DNA from: an uncultured Butyricimonas sp.
GTDB lineage: Bacteria > Bacteroidota > Bacteroidia > Bacteroidales > Marinifilaceae
Assembly: GCA_944320555.1 (NCBI GenBank)
Contig: CALUHX010000020.1
Coordinates: 1-24,000 of the forward strand
Length of the DNA: 24,000 bases
Reading direction: 5' to 3'
Part shown: one piece after another, positions 6,848 through 15,537 of the stretch
How the letters are laid out: the number at the start of each line of letters is the position of its first letter
Numbering within the stretch: position 1 is the first letter of the stretch
Program-made: the position numbers and the translations under genes
Notes under the pieces: generated by a model
Told to the model about the DNA's origin: nothing
What the model saw: the letters and a program-made list of their open reading frames with translations, nothing else
The model's database searches: none

Positions 6848-7732
6848 ATGAAAACATCTTTCATTTTCCCGCTCGCACTACTCGCCGCCGCTTGCCAATC
6901 CCAAACGGAATACAACGCCACAGGCACTTTCGAGTCCACAGAAATCATTGTGTCGGCCGAAAACAGCGGCAAGCTTTTCTACCTGAACGCCGAAGAAGGC
7001 ATGTGGTTCACGTCCGGCACGGAAGTCGGACTAATCGACACGGTGCAACCCTATTTGCGCAAACTTCAATTGGAAGCAAATATGCAATCGGTCAACAGCC
7101 AACGCCCAGACATTCAAAAACAAATCGCCGCCATACAAGAACAAATCGCAACCTCCAGACGAGAACAAAAACGCACTCAGAACCTATTGAAGGCCAATGC
7201 CGCCAACCAAAAGGAACTTGACGACTGGTCGGCGCAAATCGCCGTGCTGCAAAGTCAGTTAGAGGCACAGACATCCTCCTTGGAGAACAATACGGCAAGC
7301 CTGACCGCCCAAGGCAAATCCATCGCCGTACAAATCGCACAAGCGGAAGACAATTTACGCAAGTGTCATATTATCACACCTATCGATGGCACGATATTGG
7401 CAAAATACGCGGAACCGGGAGAATTCGTCTCCGCCGGGAAACCCTTGTTCAAAATCGCAGACATGAAACACCTATTCCTACGGGCGTACGTCACTTCGTC
7501 CCAATTGGCAGACATAACGTTAGGCGACGCCGTGACCGTCTTTGCCGACTTCGGCGACGACATCAAATTTGAGTACGAAGGAAAAATCACATGGATTGCG
7601 GACGAAGCCGAATTCACCCCGAAAACCATTCTCACGGACGACGAACGAGCCAATCAAGTATACGCGGTGAAAATTGCCGTACTCAACGACGGAAAAATCA
7701 AATTGGGCATGTATGGAGAAGTCAGGTTTTGA
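6848..7732 (+). CDS. HlyD-family periplasmic adaptor (membrane fusion protein), lipoprotein
   Basis: A lipobox is present (MKTSFIFPLALLAAAC). The centre is a coiled-coil hairpin (QKQIAAIQEQIATSRREQKRTQNLL...). The barrel-sandwich motifs are ITPIDGTILAKYAEPGEFV and VYAVKIAV. Confidence 0.88.
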   Translation: MKTSFIFPLALLAAACQSQTEYNATGTFESTEIIVSAENSGKLFYLNAEEGMWFTSGTEVGLIDTVQPYLRKLQLEANMQSVNSQRPDIQKQIAAIQEQIATSRREQKRTQNLLKANAANQKELDDWSAQIAVLQSQLEAQTSSLENNTASLTAQGKSIAVQIAQAEDNLRKCHIITPIDGTILAKYAEPGEFVSAGKPLFKIADMKHLFLRAYVTSSQLADITLGDAVTVFADFGDDIKFEYEGKITWIADEAEFTPKTILTDDERANQVYAVKIAVLNDGKIKLGMYGEVRF

Positions 7733-7735
7733 ATC

Positions 7736-9211
7736 ATGGAACATATCATTGAAATAAATCATGTCAGCAAGCGCTACGGAAAGGTGAAAGCTCTGCTGGA
7801 CGTGACATTGCAAGTCCGGAAAGGAGAAGTGTTCGGATTAATCGGTCCGGACGGTTCTGGCAAAAGCACATTGTTCCGCATTCTGACCACCTTGCTTCTC
7901 GCCGATTCCGGCACCGCCACTGTGAACGGATGGAACACAGCCAAAGATTTCAAACAAATCCGACGAATCGTAGGCTATATGCCGGGAAAATTCTCGCTTT
8001 ATCAGGATTTGACGGTGAAAGAAAATCTGGAATTCTTTGCCACCATATTCCACACGACGGTGGCCGCGCATTATGAGCAAATACGGGAAATATATGAACA
8101 AATCGCTCCTTTCCGCGACCGTCAGGCCGGAGCCTTGTCGGGAGGAATGAAACAAAAACTGGCCCTTTGCTGCGCGCTTATCCACGAGCCTGCGATTCTC
8201 TTTCTGGACGAGCCGACGACCGGTGTCGATCCGGTGTCGCGCAAGGAATTCTGGGAAATATTGCGCCGTCTGCAAGAACGGGGCATCACAATCATGATTT
8301 CCACGCCCTTCATGGACGAGGCCCGCCGTTGCGACCGAATCGCTTTCATCCAAAACGGAGAAATCAAAGATGTGGACTCGCCGACGGTTATCCTTGAGCG
8401 CTTCAAAGACATTCTTTGTCCTCCTCCCCTGACACATAAAAACAGCCTGACAGACTCGCAACCAGTGATACAAGTCAAGCAACTTGTCAAACAATTCGGG
8501 AATTTCACTGCCGTAGACCACATCTCGTTTGAGGTCAAACGAGGAGAAATATTTGGCTTTTTGGGGGCCAACGGAGCCGGGAAAACGACCGCCATGCGCA
8601 TATTGTGCGGATTAAGCCGTCCCACGTCAGGAGAAGCCCTCGTCATGGGATACGACGTGCGAACCCAAAGCGAGGACATCAAACGGCACATCGGATACAT
8701 GAGCCAAAAGTTTTCACTTTACGAGGATTTGAGCGTGCGGGAAAACATTCGCCTGTTCGCGGGTATTTACGGTGTCCCCGACAAAGATATCGCACCCCGG
8801 TCAGACCAAACGTTACACCGCATCGGGCTATTTGACGAGCGAGACACCCTCGTGAAAGAATTGCCGTTAGGCTGGAAGCAACGTCTGGCCTTTTCCATCT
8901 CAATCTTTCACGAGCCGCGCCTGGTCTTTCTGGACGAGCCTACGGGAGGAGTGGACCCCGCCACACGAAGGCAGTTTTGGCAATTTATCTACCATGCCGC
9001 GGACCAAGGCATAACAATTTTCGTCACCACGCACTACATGGACGAAGCCGAATATTGCGACCGCATTTCCATCATGGTCGACGGACAAATCAAAGCGTTG
9101 GACACTCCCGCAAATCTCAAACGCCGTTTCACGGCCAAAGACTTGGACGAGGTTTTCCAACAATTGACCCGCAACGCCACAAATCTTTCCAAACAAAATC
9201 ATGAATCATGA
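7736..9211 (+). CDS. ABC transporter ATP-binding protein with two fused NBDs (YbhF-like)
   Basis: NBD1 has GPDGSGKST, LSGGMKQK, ILFLDEPTTGVD and ISTPFMDEA. NBD2 has GANGAGKTT, LPLGWKQR, LVFLDEPTGGVD and VTTHYMDEA. The start is 3 nt after the HlyD stop, and the stop overlaps the next start (ATGA at 9208). Confidence 0.95.
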   Translation: MEHIIEINHVSKRYGKVKALLDVTLQVRKGEVFGLIGPDGSGKSTLFRILTTLLLADSGTATVNGWNTAKDFKQIRRIVGYMPGKFSLYQDLTVKENLEFFATIFHTTVAAHYEQIREIYEQIAPFRDRQAGALSGGMKQKLALCCALIHEPAILFLDEPTTGVDPVSRKEFWEILRRLQERGITIMISTPFMDEARRCDRIAFIQNGEIKDVDSPTVILERFKDILCPPPLTHKNSLTDSQPVIQVKQLVKQFGNFTAVDHISFEVKRGEIFGFLGANGAGKTTAMRILCGLSRPTSGEALVMGYDVRTQSEDIKRHIGYMSQKFSLYEDLSVRENIRLFAGIYGVPDKDIAPRSDQTLHRIGLFDERDTLVKELPLGWKQRLAFSISIFHEPRLVFLDEPTGGVDPATRRQFWQFIYHAADQGITIFVTTHYMDEAEYCDRISIMVDGQIKALDTPANLKRRFTAKDLDEVFQQLTRNATNLSKQNHES

Positions 9212-10308
9212 AACAATTTGTCGCTTTTATCCGAAAAGAATTTTATCACATATTCCGGGATCGCCGCACGACGTTGATTCTTATCGGCATGCCCATCACT
9301 CAAATAATCTTGTTCGGCTTTGCCATTTCGACCGAAGTGAAAAACGTGCAGACAGCCATACTTTCAAACTCACCCGACATCGAAACCCGCCACGTCATCG
9401 ACAGGCTCGACGCCAGCGAATACTTCACGATAAAATATATCGTGCACTCCTCTGAAGAATTGAACGAACTCTTCAGGCAAAACAAAATCGAACTGGCAAT
9501 CGCATTCCCCGACGATTTCAACAAACAACGCCTGGACACGGAAAATCTGCAAATCATCGCGGACGCCACGGATCCCAATCAAGCCATCATCCGCAGCACG
9601 TATGCCAATGGAATCATATCCACCGCCCTTGCGGAATTGCGCCAAACATCTCCGGGAGAACATTTAACGCTCGTCCACTCCCGACTGCTCTACAATCCCC
9701 GAATGCAAAGCACATACAATTTCGTTCCGGGAATCATGGGGCTGATTTTAATGTTGATTTGCGCCATGATGACATCCATCTCCATTGTCCGGGAGAAAGA
9801 AACGGGAACAATGGAAGTGCTTTTGGTGTCTCCCATGAACGCCTTGTTTGTGACACTTTCAAAAGCGGTTCCTTATTTTGTGTTGTCCCTGCTGAACCTT
9901 GCCACCATTCTTCTTTTGTCCGTATTCGTGCTGAAAGTCCCGGTGGCGGGAAGCCTGGCAACCCTTTTGGGCATTTCCCTTCTCTTTATTTTCGTGTCGC
10001 TCGCCCTCGGTTTGTTTATCTCCTGCGTGACGCGCACCCAAGTCGCGGCAATGCTCATATCTGGAATGGTTTTGATGATACCGACTATCATTTTTTCGGG
10101 CATCATCTTCCCCATTGAAAGCATGCCGACTGTTTTGCAAGGAATATCATGCCTCATTCCTGCCCGATGGTATGCCAGCGCCGTTCGCAAGGTCATGATT
10201 GAAGGAGTCCCGTTTGCGTTCGTTTTGCAAGAAACAGGAATTTTAATGGCCATGGCCATTTTATTGGTCATACTTACGACTCGCAAATTCAAAAATCGCT
10301 TAGAATAA
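9208..10308 (+). CDS. ABC-2 type transporter permease (YbhS/YbhR-like)
   Basis: One N-terminal TM helix is followed by a large extracytoplasmic loop and a C-terminal 5-TM ABC-2 domain (REKETGTMEVLLVSP). It is translationally coupled to the ATPase gene. Confidence 0.9.
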   Translation: MKQFVAFIRKEFYHIFRDRRTTLILIGMPITQIILFGFAISTEVKNVQTAILSNSPDIETRHVIDRLDASEYFTIKYIVHSSEELNELFRQNKIELAIAFPDDFNKQRLDTENLQIIADATDPNQAIIRSTYANGIISTALAELRQTSPGEHLTLVHSRLLYNPRMQSTYNFVPGIMGLILMLICAMMTSISIVREKETGTMEVLLVSPMNALFVTLSKAVPYFVLSLLNLATILLLSVFVLKVPVAGSLATLLGISLLFIFVSLALGLFISCVTRTQVAAMLISGMVLMIPTIIFSGIIFPIESMPTVLQGISCLIPARWYASAVRKVMIEGVPFAFVLQETGILMAMAILLVILTTRKFKNRLE

Positions 10309-10320
10309 GGAGGATGTGTC

Positions 10321-11382
10321 ATGAAACTACGCTATCTTGTAGAGAAAGAGTTCAAACAATTGAAACGCAACAGCTTTCTTCCCCGTCTGATTCTCATATT
10401 TCCATGCATGTTGATGTTGGTTATTCCTTGGGCAACCACTCAAGAAATCAAGGATCTACGCATTTCGATTATTGACAACGACCACAGCCCGTCGTCCCAA
10501 CGGCTGACGCGGCAAATAGCCGCCTCCCGCTATTTCCAACTAAAAAACACGCCCAAGACTTACTCCGAAGCTCTTTCCTTCGTCGAAAGAGACGAGACAG
10601 ATATTATATTGGAAATACCCAACGGTTTCGAAAAAGAACAAGTCAACGGCCGGCAGGCGTCTGTTTTCATTGCGGCGAATGCCGTCAACGGCTCCAAAGG
10701 GATATTGGGCAATTCTTACCTTCAACAGATTCTCTCTTCCCCCAAATCGGCCTATTCTTTGCGATACTTGTTTAACCCGACCCTAGACTACAAAGTTTTT
10801 ATGGTGCCGGCGTTGATGACAATGATATTGGTCCTGCTTTGCGGTTTTTTACCGGCTCTGAATGTAGTCAGCGAAAAAGAATCCGGCACCATCGAACAAA
10901 TCAATGTCACTCCCGCCAGTCGGCTCACGTTCACGCTCGCAAAACTTTTGCCTTATTGGATTATCGGTTTCATCGTGTTAAACCTGTGCATGTTTTTCGC
11001 ATGGCTCGTCTATGGACAGATTCCCGAGGGAAGCGTGGGAACAATATACCTTGCCACTTTTGTGTTCATATTACTCGTGTCCGGCTTTGGTCTTGTCATA
11101 TCCAATCACTCCGCCACCATGCAACAAGCCATGTTCGTCATGTGGTTCTGTATGCTTGTTTTCATTCTCATGAGCGGATTATTCACCCCTATCAATAGCA
11201 TGCCCCAATGGGCCCAACTCATCACTCGCATCAATCCATTACGCTACTTCATGGAAATCATGCGCATGGTGTATTTGAAGGGCAGTGCGTTTAGAGACAT
11301 CCTTCCCCAAATGGGCATGCTGGCCGTGTTCGCCATACTTTTTAACACCTGGGCCGTGTTCAGTTATAAAAAACAAAAGTAG
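10321..11382 (+). CDS. ABC-2 type transporter permease (second paralogue)
   Basis: It has the same architecture as the preceding gene (SEKESGTIEQINVTP) and starts 12 nt after the previous stop. Confidence 0.9.
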   Translation: MKLRYLVEKEFKQLKRNSFLPRLILIFPCMLMLVIPWATTQEIKDLRISIIDNDHSPSSQRLTRQIAASRYFQLKNTPKTYSEALSFVERDETDIILEIPNGFEKEQVNGRQASVFIAANAVNGSKGILGNSYLQQILSSPKSAYSLRYLFNPTLDYKVFMVPALMTMILVLLCGFLPALNVVSEKESGTIEQINVTPASRLTFTLAKLLPYWIIGFIVLNLCMFFAWLVYGQIPEGSVGTIYLATFVFILLVSGFGLVISNHSATMQQAMFVMWFCMLVFILMSGLFTPINSMPQWAQLITRINPLRYFMEIMRMVYLKGSAFRDILPQMGMLAVFAILFNTWAVFSYKKQK

Positions 11383-11441
11383 CGAAATGACATTTTTGTA
11401 TTAAATTTGTGGGCGATAACTCATTCAAGCAACACGAAAAA

Positions 11442-12035
11442 ATGAACGACACCGCAAAAACAGAAAAGGAAAAAATGGCCGCGGGCGAATTTTACAGCCC
11501 GGCTGACGAAATACTTTATAACGAAAACAGACGGGCCAAAGATTTGACCGCAAAGTACAACAACACCTCTCCTCGGGCCACCAACGAACGGCAGGAATTG
11601 TTACGGGCCATCTTGGGCCATGCCGGAAAAAATGTCTGTATGGAAGCCCCCTTTCAATGCGATTACGGATACAACATCTTTGTCGGTGACAATTTTTACG
11701 CCAATGTCAATTGCGTTTTCTTGGACTGCGCCCCCATCCGATTTGGAGACAACGTCTTGGTTGGTCCAAACACCGGTTTCTATACGCCCCAACATCCCAT
11801 TCATCCCGCCGACCGGAAAAAAGGAATCGAACGGGCCCTTCCCATCACGATTGGCGACAATGTGTGGATTGGCGGTTCTGTCACAATTCTGGGGGGAGTT
11901 TCCATCGGCGACAATTCCATCATTGGGGCGGGAAGCGTTGTCACCCGCGACATTCCGGCCAACGTGATAGCTGTCGGAAATCCCTGTCGTGTCATCCGCT
12001 CCATCTCCGAAAATGACAAACTCGAATCAAAATAA
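11442..12035 (+). CDS. maa: Sugar (maltose/galactoside-type) O-acetyltransferase, left-handed beta-helix
   Basis: Trimmed from the GTG at 11409 to the ATG at 11442. An N-terminal Mac domain (MAAGEFYSPADEILYNENRRAKDLTAKYN) is followed by hexapeptide repeats (IGDNVWIGGSVTILGGVSIGDNSIIGAGSVVTRDIPANVIAVGNPCRVIR). Confidence 0.88.
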   Translation: MNDTAKTEKEKMAAGEFYSPADEILYNENRRAKDLTAKYNNTSPRATNERQELLRAILGHAGKNVCMEAPFQCDYGYNIFVGDNFYANVNCVFLDCAPIRFGDNVLVGPNTGFYTPQHPIHPADRKKGIERALPITIGDNVWIGGSVTILGGVSIGDNSIIGAGSVVTRDIPANVIAVGNPCRVIRSISENDKLESK

Positions 12036-12044
12036 CAATTGCCA

Positions 12045-12962
12045 ATGCCAAACCGCATGTTCAAACCAGTCATCAGCCTGCTACTCATCCTGTTGCCATA
12101 CTCCCTTGTCGCCAGGCACACCGACCTGCGGAAGCAGCTTCAACAATTTGTCGAAGGACGGGACATGCTTATCGGCGTGGCCGTCATTCGAAACGGAGTG
12201 GACACGCTCACCATCAACAACAACGACCGTTACCCCTTAATGAGCGTCGTCAAATTGCATCAGGCAATGGCCGTGGCGCACCATTTTGACCGTGAAAATT
12301 TGCCCTTGGACACCAAAATATATATTTCCAAAAAAGAATTACACCCCGACACTTACAGCCCATTGCGCGACAAATACCCGCAAGGCGGCGTGTACCTGTC
12401 CCTTGCCGAGTTATTGACTTTCACACTACAATGGAGCGACAACAACGCTTGCGACGTGCTCTTCCGGCACACGGGAGGCCCCGCTGCCACGGACCGCTAT
12501 GTCCGCTCATTGGGCATCAGCGACTTCGCAATCAAAGTGACTGAGGACGAGATGCATAAAGACTTGAAGACTTGCTACGACAACTGGAGCACTCCTCTTG
12601 CCGCCGCCCAGACGGTCGAGCTACTGGTCGGAACGGACTTAATTCCCTCCCCGTTCCGGGAATTTATCCGTCAAACCCTTGTTTCTTGTGAAACAGGCAA
12701 AGATCGCCTGCCCCGTCCCCTTTTAGGCACTAATGCCATCGTCGGCCACAAGACGGGAACGGGGGACCGTAACACTGACGGCAAAATCATCGGAGTCAAT
12801 GATGTGGGATTCGTCGTTCTGCCCGATGGTTCCCGCTATACCATCGCCGTTTTCATCCGAGATTCCGGAGAATCCCTTCAAACGACCTCACAGATCATCG
12901 GAGACATTTCCCAAATTGTGCACACCTATTTCTCGAATGAAAAACAATACAATACCCTATAA
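12045..12962 (+). CDS. bla: Class A beta-lactamase, Bacteroidales CfxA/CepA/CblA-like
   Basis: The start is the ATG at 12045, with an alternative at 12057 (the track uses the TTG at 12039). The signal peptide is MFKPVISLLLILLPYSLVA. All three class A motifs are present: S-x-x-K as SVVK (12243-12254), SDN (12435-12443) and KTG (12750-12758). The block YPLMSVVKLHQAMAV closely parallels the CfxA block YPMMSVFKVHQALAL as I recall it. Confidence 0.9.
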   Translation: MPNRMFKPVISLLLILLPYSLVARHTDLRKQLQQFVEGRDMLIGVAVIRNGVDTLTINNNDRYPLMSVVKLHQAMAVAHHFDRENLPLDTKIYISKKELHPDTYSPLRDKYPQGGVYLSLAELLTFTLQWSDNNACDVLFRHTGGPAATDRYVRSLGISDFAIKVTEDEMHKDLKTCYDNWSTPLAAAQTVELLVGTDLIPSPFREFIRQTLVSCETGKDRLPRPLLGTNAIVGHKTGTGDRNTDGKIIGVNDVGFVVLPDGSRYTIAVFIRDSGESLQTTSQIIGDISQIVHTYFSNEKQYNTL

Positions 12963-12978
12963 GTCAAGCTAAAACAAA

Positions 12979-13005
12979 AAGGAGAATCTCTAAAAGACTC
13001 TCCTT
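12979..13005. terminator. Intrinsic terminator hairpin, best fit for the minus-strand tRNA and possibly bidirectional
   Basis: aaggagaatc (12979-12988) pairs with gactctcctt (12996-13005), giving 10 bp with one mismatch and a 7-nt loop. On the minus strand it is followed by TTTTTGTTTT (12971-12980). It lies between the bla stop (12962) and the tRNA 3' end (13012). Confidence 0.65.
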
Positions 13006-13011
13006 CCTTTG

Positions 13012-13084
<73 letters not shown>

Positions 13085-13118
13085 ATGTCAATCAATTCTT
13101 CTTTCTGAATTGCGACCG

Positions 13119-13126
13119 CAAAGGTA
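13119..13126 (-). promoter_or_regulatory. -7 box (TACCTTTG) upstream of tRNA-fMet
   Basis: Plus-strand caaaggta is TACCTTTG on the minus strand, 35 nt upstream of the mature tRNA 5' end. Confidence 0.35.
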
Positions 13127-13216
13127 TAAACTTATCTCGTCAATTCCAAATCCAATAAAAACTTTAACATACACTCACATTCAAAACATCTGCTTAAACA
13201 TTATTCCCCGCTTTGC

Positions 13217-14401
13217 TCACTCTTCTTCCTCCAGATAAATCGTATATCGGTTCCAAAAGTCCTCGTCCTCTGGTATTTCTTCAAAATACACCCGTCCCGT
13301 TACAGGTTCTGTCTCATTCACTTTCACCTTTGTGGTTTGATATTGCATTTCTCCGTTCACTCTTTGTCCTCCGTCAAGATAGGAATACTCTATGCTCACG
13401 CCGCTTAAGAAATAGTATGAGTTTACCTTCTTGTAATTCGTGGAGATGGTCATCATCACCTCGTTCCGGGAAGCCTCCCCTCCCACAAGCATATTTCGTC
13501 CCAGCGCATTATAAGCCTTCGATGTCAATCGGGCCACGTTTTTTATCACGGCGAAATTATTCATGTCCACGTAAATCTCCCCGCTGTATTTGACCACGTC
13601 CGCCACGCCCGAGTTCGACAAAGTGGGACGCTTGCATTCATAAGCCACAATCTGCACGGAATCGCCCTCGTAGGCGAACACGCCTTTGCTCGTCAACTTA
13701 AAGTCCCTGACATATTGCGAGTCGAGCACATTGCGCGTGTTCCGCACCACGTCAGCCGTCAACACGTCATCGAAAAACATCAAGTCGTCGGCCGTGGCGT
13801 TCATGCCGGGGCTACGCCGCGCTTCGGAAAAAGTATAATTCACCGCCTGGAACGTCTTTTCCGTGTCCGTCCGCTTATAACCGTCCGCGTCGTAAATCTT
13901 CACAATGGCCTCCTTCACCTTGGGTTCTTGCTCCCCGACGGTCACTCCGTGCTCGAAATATCCCTCGTAATTATAAGCCCGGGGAATGTAATTTTTCCCG
14001 ATATTGGCCACCACGTTCTCCAGCAACTTCTGCAACACCAAAGACTCCGCAGTAACGTCCACATTGTCGATTCCGTATGTCACCGGCTCCAAGACGATGG
14101 TCACGTCCTTCAACTCTTTCAATTCATAAAGCTTGAATTCTTTTGCGGCGTACCCCACCGCCGTGATTCTCACCACGTATGTAGCGTAACGGTTCGGTAT
14201 CACCAACTCAAACTGTCCGTCCACGTCCGTGGCGGTTCCCGCCATCGTGCCCAGCAGACCCAAATTCGCAAAGGCAATCGGCTCTTTCGTGGCTCCGTCA
14301 ACGACCTGGCCTTTCACCTGTATCTTGCTGTCATCCTGTGCCATTGCCACGGTCAACACACTAAAAAACAGAATGACGAGAGAGAGAATTTTCTTATTCA
14401 T
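13217..14401 (-). CDS. Secreted CarboxypepD_reg-like domain protein of unknown function
   Basis: The signal peptide is MNKKILSLVILFFSVLTVAMA. The N-terminal motif VKGQVVDGATKEPIAFANLGLLGTMAGTATDVDGQFELVIP is typical of the carboxypeptidase regulatory-like fold. The remaining ~290 aa have no motif I recognise. Confidence 0.75.
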   Translation of the reverse strand: MNKKILSLVILFFSVLTVAMAQDDSKIQVKGQVVDGATKEPIAFANLGLLGTMAGTATDVDGQFELVIPNRYATYVVRITAVGYAAKEFKLYELKELKDVTIVLEPVTYGIDNVDVTAESLVLQKLLENVVANIGKNYIPRAYNYEGYFEHGVTVGEQEPKVKEAIVKIYDADGYKRTDTEKTFQAVNYTFSEARRSPGMNATADDLMFFDDVLTADVVRNTRNVLDSQYVRDFKLTSKGVFAYEGDSVQIVAYECKRPTLSNSGVADVVKYSGEIYVDMNNFAVIKNVARLTSKAYNALGRNMLVGGEASRNEVMMTISTNYKKVNSYYFLSGVSIEYSYLDGGQRVNGEMQYQTTKVKVNETEPVTGRVYFEEIPEDEDFWNRYTIYLEEEE

Positions 14402-14521
14402 GGTAAATCTATTAATTTATTTATATATTTGCCTCAAAGTAAACAAATCTGACGATGAAAACCAAAACAAAAAGTTTATAATGCGAAAAAATTAATACAC
14501 AAAACAATAAAACCATTGACA

Positions 14522-15181
14522 ATGAGAAAAGTAGCCTTTTACATATCCGGATTTTTAGTGCTTTCCGCCATGCTTTCGTCTTGTGTTTCCAAGAAAAAAT
14601 TCGAAGAGCTGGCACGTGCGAAAAGAATGAGCGATCGGGAAATCGCCAATCTTCAGAATGAAAAACAAGCCATGGCAAACGAATTGCAACAGCTAAAAAC
14701 CGACTTCAACGACATCCGCTACCAGTTGACCCTCAACAATGCGGCAAAAGACAAGCAAATCGACGACCTTTCTTCCAAACTCCGCGCTTTGGAAAATAAA
14801 GAGTCCGCATTGAAAAATGAGTTGCAGGATGCCCAAGAGCAAGCCAAAACCCGCGTGCAAAACAAAGAATCCGAACTCTCCATGTTGCAGGAGCAAGTGA
14901 AACAAGCCATCGCCGAACGGGACCGGCTCAAAAAAGAGTTGTCCGAATATAAAACCAATGCGGAGTGGGACAACCGCAAATTGAAAAACGAAGTGGAGAC
15001 CATCAAGTCCAACATTCAATTTAAGGATGGCGAAATCTCCCGGCTTGAAAAAGAGATTGCGTCCGTGAAAAAGCAACTGGCCAACGCCCGTGAGGAAGTG
15101 GCCCGGAAAGAACAGGAAATCAAAAAACTGACAAACCAAGTGAATTTGCTCAAAGGCGAGCTAAAGAAATCGACCAAATGA
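14522..15181 (+). CDS. Coiled-coil lipoprotein of unknown function
   Basis: Trimmed from the TTG at 14516 to the ATG at 14522. A lipobox is present (LSAMLSSC). The rest is heptad-rich, Glu/Lys/Gln-rich sequence (NELQQLKTDFNDIRYQL...KEQEIKKLTNQVNLLKGELKK). Confidence 0.75.
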   Translation: MRKVAFYISGFLVLSAMLSSCVSKKKFEELARAKRMSDREIANLQNEKQAMANELQQLKTDFNDIRYQLTLNNAAKDKQIDDLSSKLRALENKESALKNELQDAQEQAKTRVQNKESELSMLQEQVKQAIAERDRLKKELSEYKTNAEWDNRKLKNEVETIKSNIQFKDGEISRLEKEIASVKKQLANAREEVARKEQEIKKLTNQVNLLKGELKKSTK

Positions 15182-15537
15182 TTTACATTATTGTGGGAAT
15201 ATTAGGGCTTCTACTTGTGGTGGCCCTTTTTACTTATTTGTCCTCTCGGGGAAAAAAGACTCCGGAACCGCCTGTCACGGCGCCGCCCGCGGAATGCTGT
15301 GGAGCCCACGCCATTTGCGAGAAAGGCCTGAAACGAGCGGATGAGAAAATCGAATATTTCGACGACGAGGAACTCGACGCTTACAGCGGAATCCCTTCTG
15401 ACGCCTATACGGACGAACAAATAGACCAATTTCGGGAGATTTTCTATACCATCCGCCCCGAGGAGATTCCAGACTGGTTCATCAGCCTTGAGAAGCGCCA
15501 CATAGCCTTCCCCGACCCGCTCAAGCAGGAATTATGA
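15178..15537 (+). CDS. Small single-pass membrane protein with a CCGAHAICE Cys/His motif, unknown function
   Basis: The start overlaps the upstream stop (ATGA at 15178). There is an N-terminal TM helix (IYIIVGILGLLLVVALFTYL), then a Pro-rich linker, the motif ECCGAHAICEKG and an acidic C-terminal domain. Confidence 0.7.
   Translation: MIYIIVGILGLLLVVALFTYLSSRGKKTPEPPVTAPPAECCGAHAICEKGLKRADEKIEYFDDEELDAYSGIPSDAYTDEQIDQFREIFYTIRPEEIPDWFISLEKRHIAFPDPLKQEL

Noticed and set aside
10307-10313. A strong Shine-Dalgarno-like AAGGAGG 7 nt upstream of the second ABC-2 permease ATG
   Set aside because: It is the only such site I saw before a gene in this window, and Bacteroidota generally do not rely on SD pairing. 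It overlaps the end of the upstream gene (stop at 10306-10308), so it may be a coding or chance coincidence.
13715-14452. Long antisense ORFs opposite well-supported genes (13715..14452 +, 16093..16857 +, 18174..18977 -, 20711..21232 -, 22126..23013 +)
   Set aside because: Each lies fully opposite a gene with clear family motifs (CarboxypepD_reg, DUF2851, fhs, metallophosphoesterase, AraC). Their translations are His/Arg/Gly-rich with no domain features.
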